Source: a virus
Length of the DNA: 33,468 nucleotides
Strand: one strand, 5' to 3'
IMG/VR virus record: IMGVR_UViG_3300045988_175500
The position numbers were made by a program, and so were the translations under genes. This document shows positions 15,279-25,602 of the stretch, one piece after another. The notes beneath the pieces were generated by a model. That model was not told where the DNA came from, did not search any database, and saw nothing but the letters and a program-made list of their open reading frames with translations. The first letter of the stretch is position 1. Each line of letters begins with the position of its first letter.

Positions 15279-16966
15279 TGAATAATAAAGCATATGAGTA
15301 TGCTAAAAAAAGTATTCATCTAAAGGAAGTTCCTAAATATGTAAAAAAACAATGTAGAGAGTTCATCAATATAGCAGATGGCAAAAGCGATAAGTATTAT
15401 TTAGATGAAGAAAAAATAAAACAAATAGAGAATGTTTTAAAATTATTAATAATGCCAAAAGGATTAAAAGCAGGTAAACCATTATATGATTGTACATGTG
15501 ATTATCAATGGCTTTTATATATTTCAATATTAGCGATTGTTCATAGAGATAATCCAAGTAAAAGAAAATATGAAACAGCCATATTAGAAATTGCAAGAAA
15601 GAATTTTAAAACATATACAATAGCAACATTATTTATTTTATTATTTCTTTTGGAGCCTAAATTCAGTAAATTTTACTCTGTTGCACCTGATGGTTCTCTA
15701 TCTCGTGAAGTTAAAACTGCAATTGAAGAGACATTAAAATCAAGCCCTTTAATTTATCTGCATAAAGAAGAGCCTAGATTTAAGATTTTAAGAGATTATA
15801 TAACTTTTAAGCTAAAAGAAAGTAAATATTATCCATTAAATTATTCAAGTAGTAGAATGGATGGTAAACTTCCTAATGTTTTTCTTGCCGATGAGGTTGG
15901 TGCATTACCAAACTCTTATGCAATTGAGGCTATGAGGTCAGGTCAATTAAATATCTTGAATAAATTAGGATGTATTATTTCAACTAAATATCCTACTATA
16001 AATAATCCTTTTGAAGATGAGGTTGCTTATGCTAAAAGAGTTTTAGATGGTTTGGAAGAAGATGAAACAATATTTGCTTTATTATATGAGCCAGATAATC
16101 CAAAGAATTGGACTAATGATGATCTTATATTGAAGCAAAGCAATCCTGTTGCCTTAGAAATACCTGAAATATGGGATGATCTATTAAAGAAAAGAGCAAG
16201 AGCAATTGCAATAGAGAGTTCAAGAGAAAATTTCTTAACAAAACATTGCAATATCATTTATCAAGGATCTACTGAATCATATATCGATATAAACGATTTG
16301 CAACAATGTAAGGTTAATCATATAGAATGGACTGGAAGAGATGTTTATTTAGGTGTCGATTTAGCAATGTCAAACGATAACTGTGCGGTCGCAATGGTTA
16401 CGGAAGAAGAAGGAAAGATATTAGTTGATGCAATAGCATTTATTCCCGAAGGAAGAATAGATGAAAAAAGTCAATTTGAAAAAATTGATTATCGACAATT
16501 TATAAATGCTATGAAATGTATAGCATGTGGAAATAAAACAGTTGATTATGGTGTTATCGAAGATTTTGTTTTTCATATAGAAGAAAAATATAATGTTCAC
16601 ATAAAAGCATTGGGATATGATAGATTCAATGCTTTAAGTTCAGCTCAAAAATGGGAAAATGGTGATAATGGAAAATATTCAGGAATTAATTGTATTCAAA
16701 TTAGACAACACTCAGATACATTACATTCACCAACAAAATTGATTTATGAAAAAATTGTTAATCATCAATTTGAGTATGAAGAAAATAAATTATTAGAAAT
16801 AAATTTTGCGAATGCAAGAGTTACGTACGATACTAACATGAATAAATATGTTCATAAGAAAAAAAGTAATGGAAAAGTTGATATGGTAATGGCTATATTA
16901 AATGCTACTTACTTATTACAACAAGATATTATTTTTGAAGATGGATTTATAGTTCAAACATTTTAG
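15278..16966 (+). CDS. terL: Terminase large subunit
   Basis: ATPase region ARKNFKTYTIATLFILLFLLEP and nuclease region DVYLGVDLAMSNDNCAVAMV...VDYGVIEDF. Confidence 0.9.
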   Translation: MNNKAYEYAKKSIHLKEVPKYVKKQCREFINIADGKSDKYYLDEEKIKQIENVLKLLIMPKGLKAGKPLYDCTCDYQWLLYISILAIVHRDNPSKRKYETAILEIARKNFKTYTIATLFILLFLLEPKFSKFYSVAPDGSLSREVKTAIEETLKSSPLIYLHKEEPRFKILRDYITFKLKESKYYPLNYSSSRMDGKLPNVFLADEVGALPNSYAIEAMRSGQLNILNKLGCIISTKYPTINNPFEDEVAYAKRVLDGLEEDETIFALLYEPDNPKNWTNDDLILKQSNPVALEIPEIWDDLLKKRARAIAIESSRENFLTKHCNIIYQGSTESYIDINDLQQCKVNHIEWTGRDVYLGVDLAMSNDNCAVAMVTEEEGKILVDAIAFIPEGRIDEKSQFEKIDYRQFINAMKCIACGNKTVDYGVIEDFVFHIEEKYNVHIKALGYDRFNALSSAQKWENGDNGKYSGINCIQIRQHSDTLHSPTKLIYEKIVNHQFEYEENKLLEINFANARVTYDTNMNKYVHKKKSNGKVDMVMAILNATYLLQQDIIFEDGFIVQTF

Positions 16967-16981
16967 AAAGAAGGTGAAATT

Positions 16982-18178
16982 ATGGGAATACTTGATAGAT
17001 TTAAAAAAAGAGAAATAAATATTGATAGTTTTGATCCTTTATTAAAAGCAACAATTTCAAATCAAAAACTTGATAGACAGGATGCTTTAGAAATACCTGC
17101 TGTATCTTCATGTGTTGAATTAATTTGCAATACCTTTGCTATGATTCCTTTTAAACTGTATCAGGAAAGTAATGTTAACGGAAAAAAAGAAACTAAAGAA
17201 GTTGATGATAATAGAGTTAAATTAATAAATGATGATACAACAGACGTGTTAGATGGTTTTCAATTTAAGAAAGCAATTTGTGAGGATTACCTTTTAGGCA
17301 AAGGTGGCTATGCATATATTAAAAGAAATAGAAACCAATTTATAGGACTATTTTATGTAGAGAATAATTATATATCTATTTTAAAAAATGCAAATCCTAT
17401 ATTTAAAAGCTTTGATATTTCAGTTAATGGTAAATCATATAAAAATTATGAATTTATAAAATTGCTTAGAAATACAAAAGATGGTGCTTCTGGAATTGGT
17501 TTAATCGATGAAATAAATAGAGCACTGAGAACTGCATTCAAAAGAATTTGTTATGAATATGATCTGACGATTACAGGCGGTAGTCGAAAAGGCTTTATTA
17601 AGTCTTCAAGGCACTTGGGAGCAACTGAAATGGAAAAATTAAAAAAAGCTTGGGAAGATTACTATTCAGGTACTGCCAATACGGTTATATTAAATGATGG
17701 AATGGAGTTCCAAGAAGCAAGTAATAATTCAAATGAAAATCAATTAAATGAAAAAAATATTACTTTTAATGGAGAAATGAAAGATTTGTTTCATATCTCA
17801 GATAATTACGACAAATTTATAAAAAATGCTATAATGCCAATCGCAACTGCATTTTGTACAGCCTTAAATAGAGATTTCTTACTGGAAACAGAAAAGAAGT
17901 CTTTTTATTTTGCTCCAGATACTAAAGAACTCTATAAAGGAAGTTTAAAAGAAAGGTATGAAGCATATCAAATTGCTATAAAAAACGGTTTTAAAACAAG
18001 AAATGAAATCAGATTTTTGGAAGATGATGATGCGATTGAAGGTTTAGACATGATTAGTTTGGGATTAGGCGATGTACTTTTAAATGCTGAAACAGGACAA
18101 ATTTATACTCCTAATACCAATCAACTTATCAAAATGGGCGATCATGCCGAGAAAGGTGGTGTTGAAGATGAAAATTGA
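16982..18178 (+). CDS. HK97-family portal protein
   Basis: LEIPAVSSCVELICNTFAMIPFKLYQ and TGGSRKGFIKS...; order after TerL. Confidence 0.9.
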   Translation: MGILDRFKKREINIDSFDPLLKATISNQKLDRQDALEIPAVSSCVELICNTFAMIPFKLYQESNVNGKKETKEVDDNRVKLINDDTTDVLDGFQFKKAICEDYLLGKGGYAYIKRNRNQFIGLFYVENNYISILKNANPIFKSFDISVNGKSYKNYEFIKLLRNTKDGASGIGLIDEINRALRTAFKRICYEYDLTITGGSRKGFIKSSRHLGATEMEKLKKAWEDYYSGTANTVILNDGMEFQEASNNSNENQLNEKNITFNGEMKDLFHISDNYDKFIKNAIMPIATAFCTALNRDFLLETEKKSFYFAPDTKELYKGSLKERYEAYQIAIKNGFKTRNEIRFLEDDDAIEGLDMISLGLGDVLLNAETGQIYTPNTNQLIKMGDHAEKGGVEDEN

Positions 18179-18938
18179 AGTTAGAGAAGACAGTGTTCTT
18201 ATTACTGGTTATGTAAATGCTGTTGAAAGATATTCTAAGCCAATTACTGAGGGGCTACATGGTAAGGTTAGAACTTTTATTGAAAGAATCAAGGCTGGAG
18301 TATTTAAAACTGCTTTAAAAAGAAATGATGATGTCAAAGTTTTGTTAAATCACGACAAAACAAGAGAGTTAGCTACTACTAAAGATGGTACAGCCAAACT
18401 TGAAGAAGACAATATCGGATTAAAAGCAGAAGTAATTATAACAGATGAAGAAGTTGTCGAAAAGGCTAGAAATAATCAGTTAGTTGGCTGGTCTTTTGGC
18501 TTTTATGAAAACAGTGACGAAATGGGAACTGAAGGCGAAAGAGAGACAAGAACAATTACTGATTTAGATTTGATAGAAGTATCTATTTTAGATGATTCAA
18601 AAAGCCCTGCTTATTATGGTACAAGCATTGAAGCAAGGAGCGAAAGAATTATGGAATATAGACAAACCATTGAGGACATTGAAAAAGAGGCACAAGAAAA
18701 ACATGAATCTGTCGAAAAAAATTTAGATGCAGCTTTTGAAGAAAACTCAAAAGAACATATGAAAATTGAGGCAGAAAAGAAAAATGCTGAAATGGAAATA
18801 TTTGCTGAAATGATTGCTACTAAAGTAGCTAAAAAATTAAAAGGTACTGGGGAAGAAAAGACAATACCTAATCCAGTTGAAGATAGAAGTGAAAAGATAG
18901 ATCTTGCTTCATACGAAGAAAGATTATCAAAATTATAG
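18168..18938 (+). CDS. HK97-type prohead protease
   Basis: FIERIKAGVFKTALKRNDDVKVLLNHD...LVGWSFGF; start refined from 18084. Confidence 0.9.
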   Translation: MKIEVREDSVLITGYVNAVERYSKPITEGLHGKVRTFIERIKAGVFKTALKRNDDVKVLLNHDKTRELATTKDGTAKLEEDNIGLKAEVIITDEEVVEKARNNQLVGWSFGFYENSDEMGTEGERETRTITDLDLIEVSILDDSKSPAYYGTSIEARSERIMEYRQTIEDIEKEAQEKHESVEKNLDAAFEENSKEHMKIEAEKKNAEMEIFAEMIATKVAKKLKGTGEEKTIPNPVEDRSEKIDLASYEERLSKL

Positions 18939-18987
18939 CCTGAACAATTGAATTGTTTAAATAAAGGAAAAGAAAGGAAAGATTAAT

Positions 18988-20175
18988 ATGAATTTAAAGG
19001 CTTTAGAAGAAAAAAGAAATGACTTAAAAAGTCAAATGGGAGAAATGCTAGAAACTTCTAAAAAAGAAGAAAGAGCATTAACAACTGAGGAAGCATCAAA
19101 GTTTGATGAAATGGAAAAAGAAATTAAAAACATTGATGCAACTATTGAAAGAAATGAAAGGATGGAAAGTATGGAACAAAAAGAAGTTAAAGTAGAAAAT
19201 ACTAGGGAATTAACTGCTGAAGAAAAAAGAATGTATACTTCAGTAGAAGAAAGAGATGATTATAATTCATTTGCTGAATATATTAGATGCCAAGTAGAAA
19301 AAAGAGCTGATGCAAGTAACTTAACTAAAGGCGATAATGGAGCAGTAATCCCTAAAACAATTGTTAATAAAATTATTGAAAAAGTTGAAGAAATTTCACC
19401 TGTTTATAAATTAGCTACTCATTATAATATTCCAGGTACTGCTACTATTCCAACGGAAGATGCTAGTGCAGATAGTATAACTGTTGCTTTTACTACTGAA
19501 TTTACTGATTTAACATCACATAGTAATAAATTTGGTACTATTGAATTAACTGGTTATTTATATGGTGCATTAACTAAAATTAGTAAATCATTATTAAAAA
19601 ATAATAATTTTAATTTAACTAATTGGGTTATTGCTAAAATGGCTAAAAAAATTGCAAAATTCCTTGATGGAGTATTATTAAATGGTGCTACATCTAAAGT
19701 TAGTGGTATTGCTGGTTCATACGATAGTACTAATATGAATAAAGCATTAGCAAGTAAAGCAGCAGTAACTTCTGATGAACTAATTGATGTTCAAGAATTA
19801 GTTCCAGATGAATATCAAGCAGATGCAATCTGGATTATGAATAAAAAAACTAGAACTGCTATTAGAAAATTAAAAGATAGCGATAATAATTATTTATTAA
19901 ATAGAGATTTATCATCTAAATGGGGTTATACATTATTAGGTAAAGATGTATATTGTTCTGATAATGTATCTGAATTAGGTGCAGTTTCTAAAAATGTTAT
20001 TTTTTATGGTGATTTAAGTGGTCTTGCAGTTAAAGAAAGCGAAACTGCTGAAATTCAAATTTTACAAGAATTATTTGCTACACAACATGCAATTGGAGTT
20101 GTTGCTTGGGGCGAAATTGATGCTAAAGTTGAAAATAAACAAAAAATTGCAGTAGTTACAACACCTGCTAGTTAA
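18988..20175 (+). CDS. HK97-like major capsid protein
   Basis: N-terminal coiled-coil delta region then GAVIPKTIVNKIIEKVEEISPVYKLATHYNIPG; order after protease. Confidence 0.95.
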   Translation: MNLKALEEKRNDLKSQMGEMLETSKKEERALTTEEASKFDEMEKEIKNIDATIERNERMESMEQKEVKVENTRELTAEEKRMYTSVEERDDYNSFAEYIRCQVEKRADASNLTKGDNGAVIPKTIVNKIIEKVEEISPVYKLATHYNIPGTATIPTEDASADSITVAFTTEFTDLTSHSNKFGTIELTGYLYGALTKISKSLLKNNNFNLTNWVIAKMAKKIAKFLDGVLLNGATSKVSGIAGSYDSTNMNKALASKAAVTSDELIDVQELVPDEYQADAIWIMNKKTRTAIRKLKDSDNNYLLNRDLSSKWGYTLLGKDVYCSDNVSELGAVSKNVIFYGDLSGLAVKESETAEIQILQELFATQHAIGVVAWGEIDAKVENKQKIAVVTTPAS

Positions 20176-20191
20176 TAGGAGGTGTTTTTAA

Positions 20192-20521
20192 ATGCAATAT
20201 GAAGCAATAGAAGGTTTTTCAGGAATTATTTCAATGTATAAAGGCGAAGTTAGAGAAATTCCTAATGAAGATTTAGCTAAAGAATTAGTGAAGGCTGGTT
20301 TTATTAAAAAATACAAGCCAAATGATGCTAAAGAGTTAAAAATCTTGTTAGATGAAGCAAATTCAACAATAAAAGAGCTTGAAAAAACTATTGATGAACT
20401 AAATACTGAAATTGATTCTTTAAAATCTTCAAAAGAAGATTCAGAAGATCCAAAGGATCCAAAAAATTCTAATGAAGGTTTAGGAGAAACTTCTGATCAA
20501 ACTTCTAACAACGATAAATAA
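20192..20521 (+). CDS. Hypothetical head-associated protein
   Basis: Position between capsid and connector genes; acidic Ser/Asn-rich C-terminus. Confidence 0.6.
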   Translation: MQYEAIEGFSGIISMYKGEVREIPNEDLAKELVKAGFIKKYKPNDAKELKILLDEANSTIKELEKTIDELNTEIDSLKSSKEDSEDPKDPKNSNEGLGETSDQTSNNDK

Positions 20522-20565
20522 ATTAATAATTGTTCAGGCAAACCTCATAGAAACGGAGGAATAAA

Positions 20566-20880
20566 ATGAAAGTAAGCGATATTACTGCTGAAGACATTGC
20601 TAATTATTTGAGATTATCAGAAATTAGTGGTGACGAAGAAAAAGAACTTAAAACTTATCTAACTGTTGCTAAAAATTATATATCAAATTATACTGGCTTA
20701 CCTATAAAAGCAGATGATGAAAAATCAGAATCTCTTGATAGTTATTCTGATTTTATTATTGTAGTTTATATTTTTTGTCAGGATATGTATGACAATAGAT
20801 GTTTGTATGTTGATAATAAATCAATAAATAGAACAGTACAAACTATTTTGGATATGCATACAAGGAATAATATATGTTAA
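20566..20880 (+). CDS. Head-tail connector (gp6-like)
   Basis: MKVSDITAEDIANYLRLSE...LTVAKNYISNYTGL typical of phage gp6-like connectors. Confidence 0.8.
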   Translation: MKVSDITAEDIANYLRLSEISGDEEKELKTYLTVAKNYISNYTGLPIKADDEKSESLDSYSDFIIVVYIFCQDMYDNRCLYVDNKSINRTVQTILDMHTRNNIC

Positions 20881-21200
20881 ATCCCGGAAAATATAATAAA
20901 AGAATTACCATATATCAAGTATTAAAAAAAGAGGACAATGCAGGGTTTAAAGTACCAACAGAAAGCATTGTCCTTAATACTTTTGCTAGTGTAAAAACAA
21001 CGAAAGGTTTTACATTAATCGCAAGTAATACTGACTTTGAAAAGGCTTATACTAATTTTACTATTAGATATCCTAAAGTAGAAATTACTAGAGATATGTT
21101 AATTAAGTACAATAATAAAGTTTATTCGATAGAATACTTAAATAATATTGATGAAGAAAACATTGAATTAGAAATTCAGGCAAAGGTTGTTGTTAAGTAA
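20874..21200 (+). CDS. Phage head closure/head-tail adaptor protein
   Basis: MLNPGKYNKRITIYQV...; synteny. Confidence 0.75.
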   Translation: MLNPGKYNKRITIYQVLKKEDNAGFKVPTESIVLNTFASVKTTKGFTLIASNTDFEKAYTNFTIRYPKVEITRDMLIKYNNKVYSIEYLNNIDEENIELEIQAKVVVK

Positions 21201-21634
21201 TGGCAAGATTTGATTCTGAATTACCAACAGAATTATTAAAAGTCTTTGATGAACTTGAAACTAATTGTGAAGAAATTTTTGGAAATATGACTAAAGCAGG
21301 AGCAGAAGTAGTTTATAAAAATGTAAAATCGAATATGGCAAAATCATTTAAATCTACTAAAGCACTTGATAAGGGCTTAAAGATAACAAAGGTTTATAAA
21401 ACTCCATCTGATGATGGAATAAATGTCTATGTTGGATTTTATGGCTATGATCCTGATAGTAAACCGACTAAAAAACATCCTTATGGAACTCCTATTCCAT
21501 TGATTGCACTTGCTAGAGAATATGGAACTAGTAGAGGAGAACAAAAGAAGCCTTTTTTAAGAAAGTCATTTAATAAATCTCAAATAGAACAAGAAATGTT
21601 AAAAGTTCAAAACAAATATATAAAAGGAGATTAG
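21200..21634 (+). CDS. HK97-gp10-like tail completion/neck protein
   Basis: Order, GAEVVYKNVKSNMAKSFKSTKALDKGLKI. Confidence 0.75.
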   Translation: MARFDSELPTELLKVFDELETNCEEIFGNMTKAGAEVVYKNVKSNMAKSFKSTKALDKGLKITKVYKTPSDDGINVYVGFYGYDPDSKPTKKHPYGTPIPLIALAREYGTSRGEQKKPFLRKSFNKSQIEQEMLKVQNKYIKGD

Positions 21635-21639
21635 TTAAT

Positions 21640-21981
21640 ATGAATGAAGAATTAAAAACTATATTCAATGATTTTAAAGTTAAAAATGTAAGTGTTCCAG
21701 TAGAACATTTAAGATACATTGGAAATTCAAAAACGTATGTAACATGGACTTTATTAGAAGAAAGTCCAGCTTTATGTGGTAATGATGAAGTTTTATTTAG
21801 TGTATGTCCAGTTGATATAGATATATATAGTGATAGCAATTATTTAGATATTATGAATGAAGTTAAAAAAATAATGAAAAAAAACGAATGGTTATGGGTT
21901 GAAGATAGTGAAGAAATGTATGAAGAAGATACAGGACTTTACCATAAAACTATAACGTTTGAAAAGGAAAGGATGATTTAA
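21640..21981 (+). CDS. Tail terminator/completion-like protein
   Basis: Synteny between gp10-like and major tail protein. Confidence 0.6.
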   Translation: MNEELKTIFNDFKVKNVSVPVEHLRYIGNSKTYVTWTLLEESPALCGNDEVLFSVCPVDIDIYSDSNYLDIMNEVKKIMKKNEWLWVEDSEEMYEEDTGLYHKTITFEKERMI

Positions 21982-21985
21982 TTAT

Positions 21986-22588
21986 ATGGCAAGAATAGGA
22001 TTTAAAAAAGGAAAGTATAACAAGCATGATGCAACATCTAGTAAGTTTGCAGCATTAACTGGTAATAAAGTACCTGAATTAGAAAAGGTTGTTGATGAGA
22101 AATTCTCACCAGAATATAACAATGCAGAACTTTATGGAAATGATTCATTAGCAGAAAGTGATAATAGTTTTAAAAAAGGAACTTTAACATTAACATTAGT
22201 TGATGATAATGATGAAAAAGATGCCGATTTATTAGGTAATACTATTTCTTCAGAAACTTCTAATAAAGGCGAAGTAACAATGAAAGTTGATGATAATGCT
22301 CCTTATATTGGTTATGGACATATTATTCCTAAAATTGTTGCTAATGTAAAAAAATATAAAGTTGAATTTTTTCCAAGAGTTAAAGTTAATAAAATAACTC
22401 ACGATGCAAAAACTAGAGGAGAAAATGTAGAATTTACTACTGTAACTTTAGAGGCTACTGTATATCCTTTAGATAAAGAATTTAACGGATTAACAGAAGG
22501 CACTTGGGAAAAACATAAAACATTTAGTAGTCTATCTGAGGCAGAAACTTATCTTGATTCTTTATTAACTCCAAAAGCATCTAAATGA
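21986..22588 (+). CDS. Major tail protein
   Basis: MARIGFKKGKYNKHDATSSKFAALTG...GEVTMKVDDNAPYIGYGHI, resembles phi13-type major tail protein. Confidence 0.85.
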   Translation: MARIGFKKGKYNKHDATSSKFAALTGNKVPELEKVVDEKFSPEYNNAELYGNDSLAESDNSFKKGTLTLTLVDDNDEKDADLLGNTISSETSNKGEVTMKVDDNAPYIGYGHIIPKIVANVKKYKVEFFPRVKVNKITHDAKTRGENVEFTTVTLEATVYPLDKEFNGLTEGTWEKHKTFSSLSEAETYLDSLLTPKASK

Positions 22589-22701
22589 AGGTTAAAGTTA
22601 TAAGTATATTTGTAGATAAAAATACAAATGAAAGATATGAAGAAATAAAAGAATTTGTAAAGATTATAGAAAATACTAAAAAGAAAGGCACGGTGGAATA
22701 G
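22585..22701 (+). CDS. Small hypothetical protein (38 aa)
   Basis: Unlisted ORF MKVKVISIFVDKNTNERYEEIKEFVKIIENTKKKGTVE; ATGA overlap with major tail gene. Confidence 0.4.
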   Translation: MKVKVISIFVDKNTNERYEEIKEFVKIIENTKKKGTVE

Positions 22702-22736
22702 TTCCAACTCTTTTTTTATATAAGGAGGAATTATAA

Positions 22737-22970
22737 ATGAAAGATAAAATTAATTATTTTGAAGTAAATGGAACTAAATATCCCTTATGTTGTAATTTAA
22801 ATGTTCTTGAAGCAATTCAGGAAAAATATGGATCAATGACTGCTTGGGGAGAAATAGTTGAAAACAAGGCTGGAAAAGAGCCAAAAATTAAAGATTTAAA
22901 ATATGGCTTTATGGTAATGATTAATGAAGCTTTAGATATTGAAAATGAGAATTTAGAAGAAAAGAGATAA
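22737..22970 (+). CDS. Tail assembly chaperone, N-terminal part up to an in-frame TAA
   Basis: Synteny before tape measure; same frame continues after TAA for 40 codons to 23093. Confidence 0.75.
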   Translation: MKDKINYFEVNGTKYPLCCNLNVLEAIQEKYGSMTAWGEIVENKAGKEPKIKDLKYGFMVMINEALDIENENLEEKR

Positions 22971-23314
22971 TTACTTACTGAAAAACAAGTTGGAAGATTA
23001 CTTACTGAACTTGGCATTGCAGAAGCAACTAAAAAGATAGAGGAGTTATCAATCAGTTCTAATTCAACTGGAGAAGAGCCAAAAAACATGTAATCCATGA
23101 GGATCAAGACGATGAAATTGATTTCTCATGGCTTTTATTTATTGGACATTGTTTGTTAGGTTTTACAGAAAAAGAAGTAGGAAGAATGACTTTAGGGAAA
23201 TTACTAAAGTTATATAACCATTATAAAAATCATTATGATTTTAAATTAAGTGGTAAATCCTATAAAGAATTAGATGATATGGTAGCCCATGATGGAGAAT
23301 TTATTCGTGATTAG
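22971..23314 (+). other. Continuation of tail assembly chaperone: 0-frame to 23093, then -1 frame 23087-23314 via A AAA AAC
   Basis: 0-frame LLTEKQVGRLLTELGIAEATKKIEELSISSNSTGEEPKNM*; -1 frame HVIHEDQDDEIDFSWLLFIGHCLLGFTEKEVGRMTLGKLLKLYNHYK...FIRD*; heptamer at 23081-23087. Confidence 0.75.
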
Positions 23315-23325
23315 GAGGTGAAGAT

Positions 23326-25602
23326 ATGGCAAGTTCTTTTGGTGGAACAATTAAATTAACTGGTGAATCTGAGTATCAAAAATCTTTAAAAGCTATTAGT
23401 GAAAATTTAAAAGTATTATCTAGTGAAATGAGAGTTGTTACTAGTAGATATGATGTTAATGATAGATCTACCAGTAATTTATCACAACAAAATGAAATTT
23501 TGACTAAAAAAATAGATGAACAAAAACATAAGGTAGAAGTTCTAACTAAAGCTCTTAATGATGCAAAGACACAAACTGATGATAATAGTTCTACAACAAA
23601 AAAATGGGAAACTAAATTAAATGATGCTCAAGCAGAACTTAATAAGTTAGAAAGAACTTTGGATAGTAATGAACAAGAAATGAAAAACTATGGAAAAGCA
23701 ACTGACGATGCTGGTGAAAAGAGTTCCAGGTTGGGAGATATTATCAAGGGAAATTTAATATCTGAAGGTATTATTAATGGATTTAAAGCATTAGGAAGTG
23801 CTATGAAAACAGTAGGAAGTTCCTTAGTAGATGTAGGTAAAAAAGCATTAGATAGTTATGCGAATTATGAGCAATTAGTTGGTGGTGTTGAAACTCTATT
23901 TGCTTTAAGTGATAATGAAATAAAAGCTTATGCAAATGTATATGGTATGTCTGTTGATGAAGTTAAATCAAATAATGAAATTATGAAAAGCTCTATGAAT
24001 GAAGTTTTAGGTTATGCAAATGAAGCATATAAAACTGCTGGTTTATCAGCAAATGACTATATGGAAACAGTTACATCATTTAGTGCAGCTTTATTACAAT
24101 CTTTAGGTGGTGATTCATTTACAGCGTCTGAAAAAGCAAATCAAGCAATTATAGATATGTCAGATAATGCAAATAAAATGGGTACTGATATGTCTATGAT
24201 ACAAAGTGCATATCAAGGCTTTGCAAAAGGTAATTATACGATGCTTGATAACCTTAAATTAGGCTATGGTGGTACTAAAACGGAAATGGAGAGACTGTTA
24301 AAAGATGCTCAAAAAATCAGTGGTGTAAAATATGATTTATCTAGTTTTGCTGACATTACTGAAGCAATTCATGTAATGCAAGAAAATATGGGAATTGCTG
24401 GAACAACTTCTAATGAGGCTAGTACAACAATATCAGGATCTTTAAGCTCTATGAAATCAGCATGGTCAAATTTATTAACTGGTATAGCAGATGATAATAC
24501 AAATTTTCAAGGATTAATAGATAATTTAGTTGATAGTGTTGTAACAGTTGGTGATAATATAATGCCAAGAGTTGAAATAATAATTGATGGAATAGTTAAA
24601 TTAATAATGAGTTTATCAAATAGACTAGTTGATTATATGCCTAAATTATTAGAAACTGGAATGAGTTTAATGCAAACTATTTTAGATGGTTTTATGTCTA
24701 TGTTGCCAGAGTTAATACCAATTGCAGTTCAATTAATTAATAGTTTATCTTCTTTTATACTTCAAAATTTGCCTACAATATTACAGGCAGGTATTACTTT
24801 GCTATTAGAATTGATCAAAGGTATATCACAAGCACTTCCTGAACTTATACCAGTTGCAGTTAGATGCATTATGGATCTTGTAGATACATTATTAGATAAT
24901 ATTGACGAAATAATTGAATGTGGAATTGAATTACTTGTTGCTTTAACAGATGGTATATTTAATGCTTTACCTGAATTAATATCTAGGTTACCAGAAATTA
25001 TTGTAAAGATATCTGCAAAATTAATTGAATTAACTCCTGAACTATTAAGTTGTGTATTAAGATTAATGATATCACTTGCAACTGGTATGGTTAAATATTC
25101 TGTTGAAATGGTTACAAGAATACCTCAAATTATTAAATTAGTTGTTAATGCATTTAATCAACATTTAAAAGATATGGTTAGTATTGGTAAAAATATGGTT
25201 AGCGGAATTTGGCAAGGTATTTCAGGAAGTATTGACTGGATTAAAAATAAGATTAAGGGATGGGTTGGAGATGTTACTAAGTACATTAAAAAATTATTTG
25301 GTATTAACTCACCTTCAAGATTATTTAAAGATGAAATTGGTACTAATTTAGCACTAGGACTAGGTGAAGGTTTTGGAGATACAATGAAAGATGTTTCAAG
25401 AGATATGGCTAATTCAATTCCTACTGAATTTGATGCAAATATAAATACTAATTATAGTACAAGTGCTAATAATGTTTCAAATAATTATGACACTTACTTA
25501 CAAGCATTTAAAGATGCATTAAAGGGTGTAAAAGTTGTAATGAATAATAAAGAAATGGGAAATTTTATCATTGATACTGTAGAAACGGCGGTGTATTCAT
25601 AA
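23326..25602 (+). CDS. Tail tape measure protein
   Basis: Long coiled-coil N-terminus, GNLISEGIINGFKALGSAMKTVG, hydrophobic core, KNMVSGIWQGISGSIDWIKNKIKG...INSPSRLFKDEIG. Confidence 0.95.
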   Translation: MASSFGGTIKLTGESEYQKSLKAISENLKVLSSEMRVVTSRYDVNDRSTSNLSQQNEILTKKIDEQKHKVEVLTKALNDAKTQTDDNSSTTKKWETKLNDAQAELNKLERTLDSNEQEMKNYGKATDDAGEKSSRLGDIIKGNLISEGIINGFKALGSAMKTVGSSLVDVGKKALDSYANYEQLVGGVETLFALSDNEIKAYANVYGMSVDEVKSNNEIMKSSMNEVLGYANEAYKTAGLSANDYMETVTSFSAALLQSLGGDSFTASEKANQAIIDMSDNANKMGTDMSMIQSAYQGFAKGNYTMLDNLKLGYGGTKTEMERLLKDAQKISGVKYDLSSFADITEAIHVMQENMGIAGTTSNEASTTISGSLSSMKSAWSNLLTGIADDNTNFQGLIDNLVDSVVTVGDNIMPRVEIIIDGIVKLIMSLSNRLVDYMPKLLETGMSLMQTILDGFMSMLPELIPIAVQLINSLSSFILQNLPTILQAGITLLLELIKGISQALPELIPVAVRCIMDLVDTLLDNIDEIIECGIELLVALTDGIFNALPELISRLPEIIVKISAKLIELTPELLSCVLRLMISLATGMVKYSVEMVTRIPQIIKLVVNAFNQHLKDMVSIGKNMVSGIWQGISGSIDWIKNKIKGWVGDVTKYIKKLFGINSPSRLFKDEIGTNLALGLGEGFGDTMKDVSRDMANSIPTEFDANINTNYSTSANNVSNNYDTYLQAFKDALKGVKVVMNNKEMGNFIIDTVETAVYS

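Noticed and set aside
15366-16257. Minus-strand ORFs inside terL
   Set aside because: Fully antisense to an intact terminase gene with recognisable motifs
22968-22970. Genetic-code reassignment of TAA/TGA
   Set aside because: TAA and TGA terminate many well-delimited neighbouring genes and Trp is encoded by TGG; one suspicious stop does not support recoding
22817-23107. 96-aa minus-strand ORF across the tail chaperone
   Set aside because: Antisense to the chaperone; the plus-strand continuation and -1 frameshift architecture explain the region better
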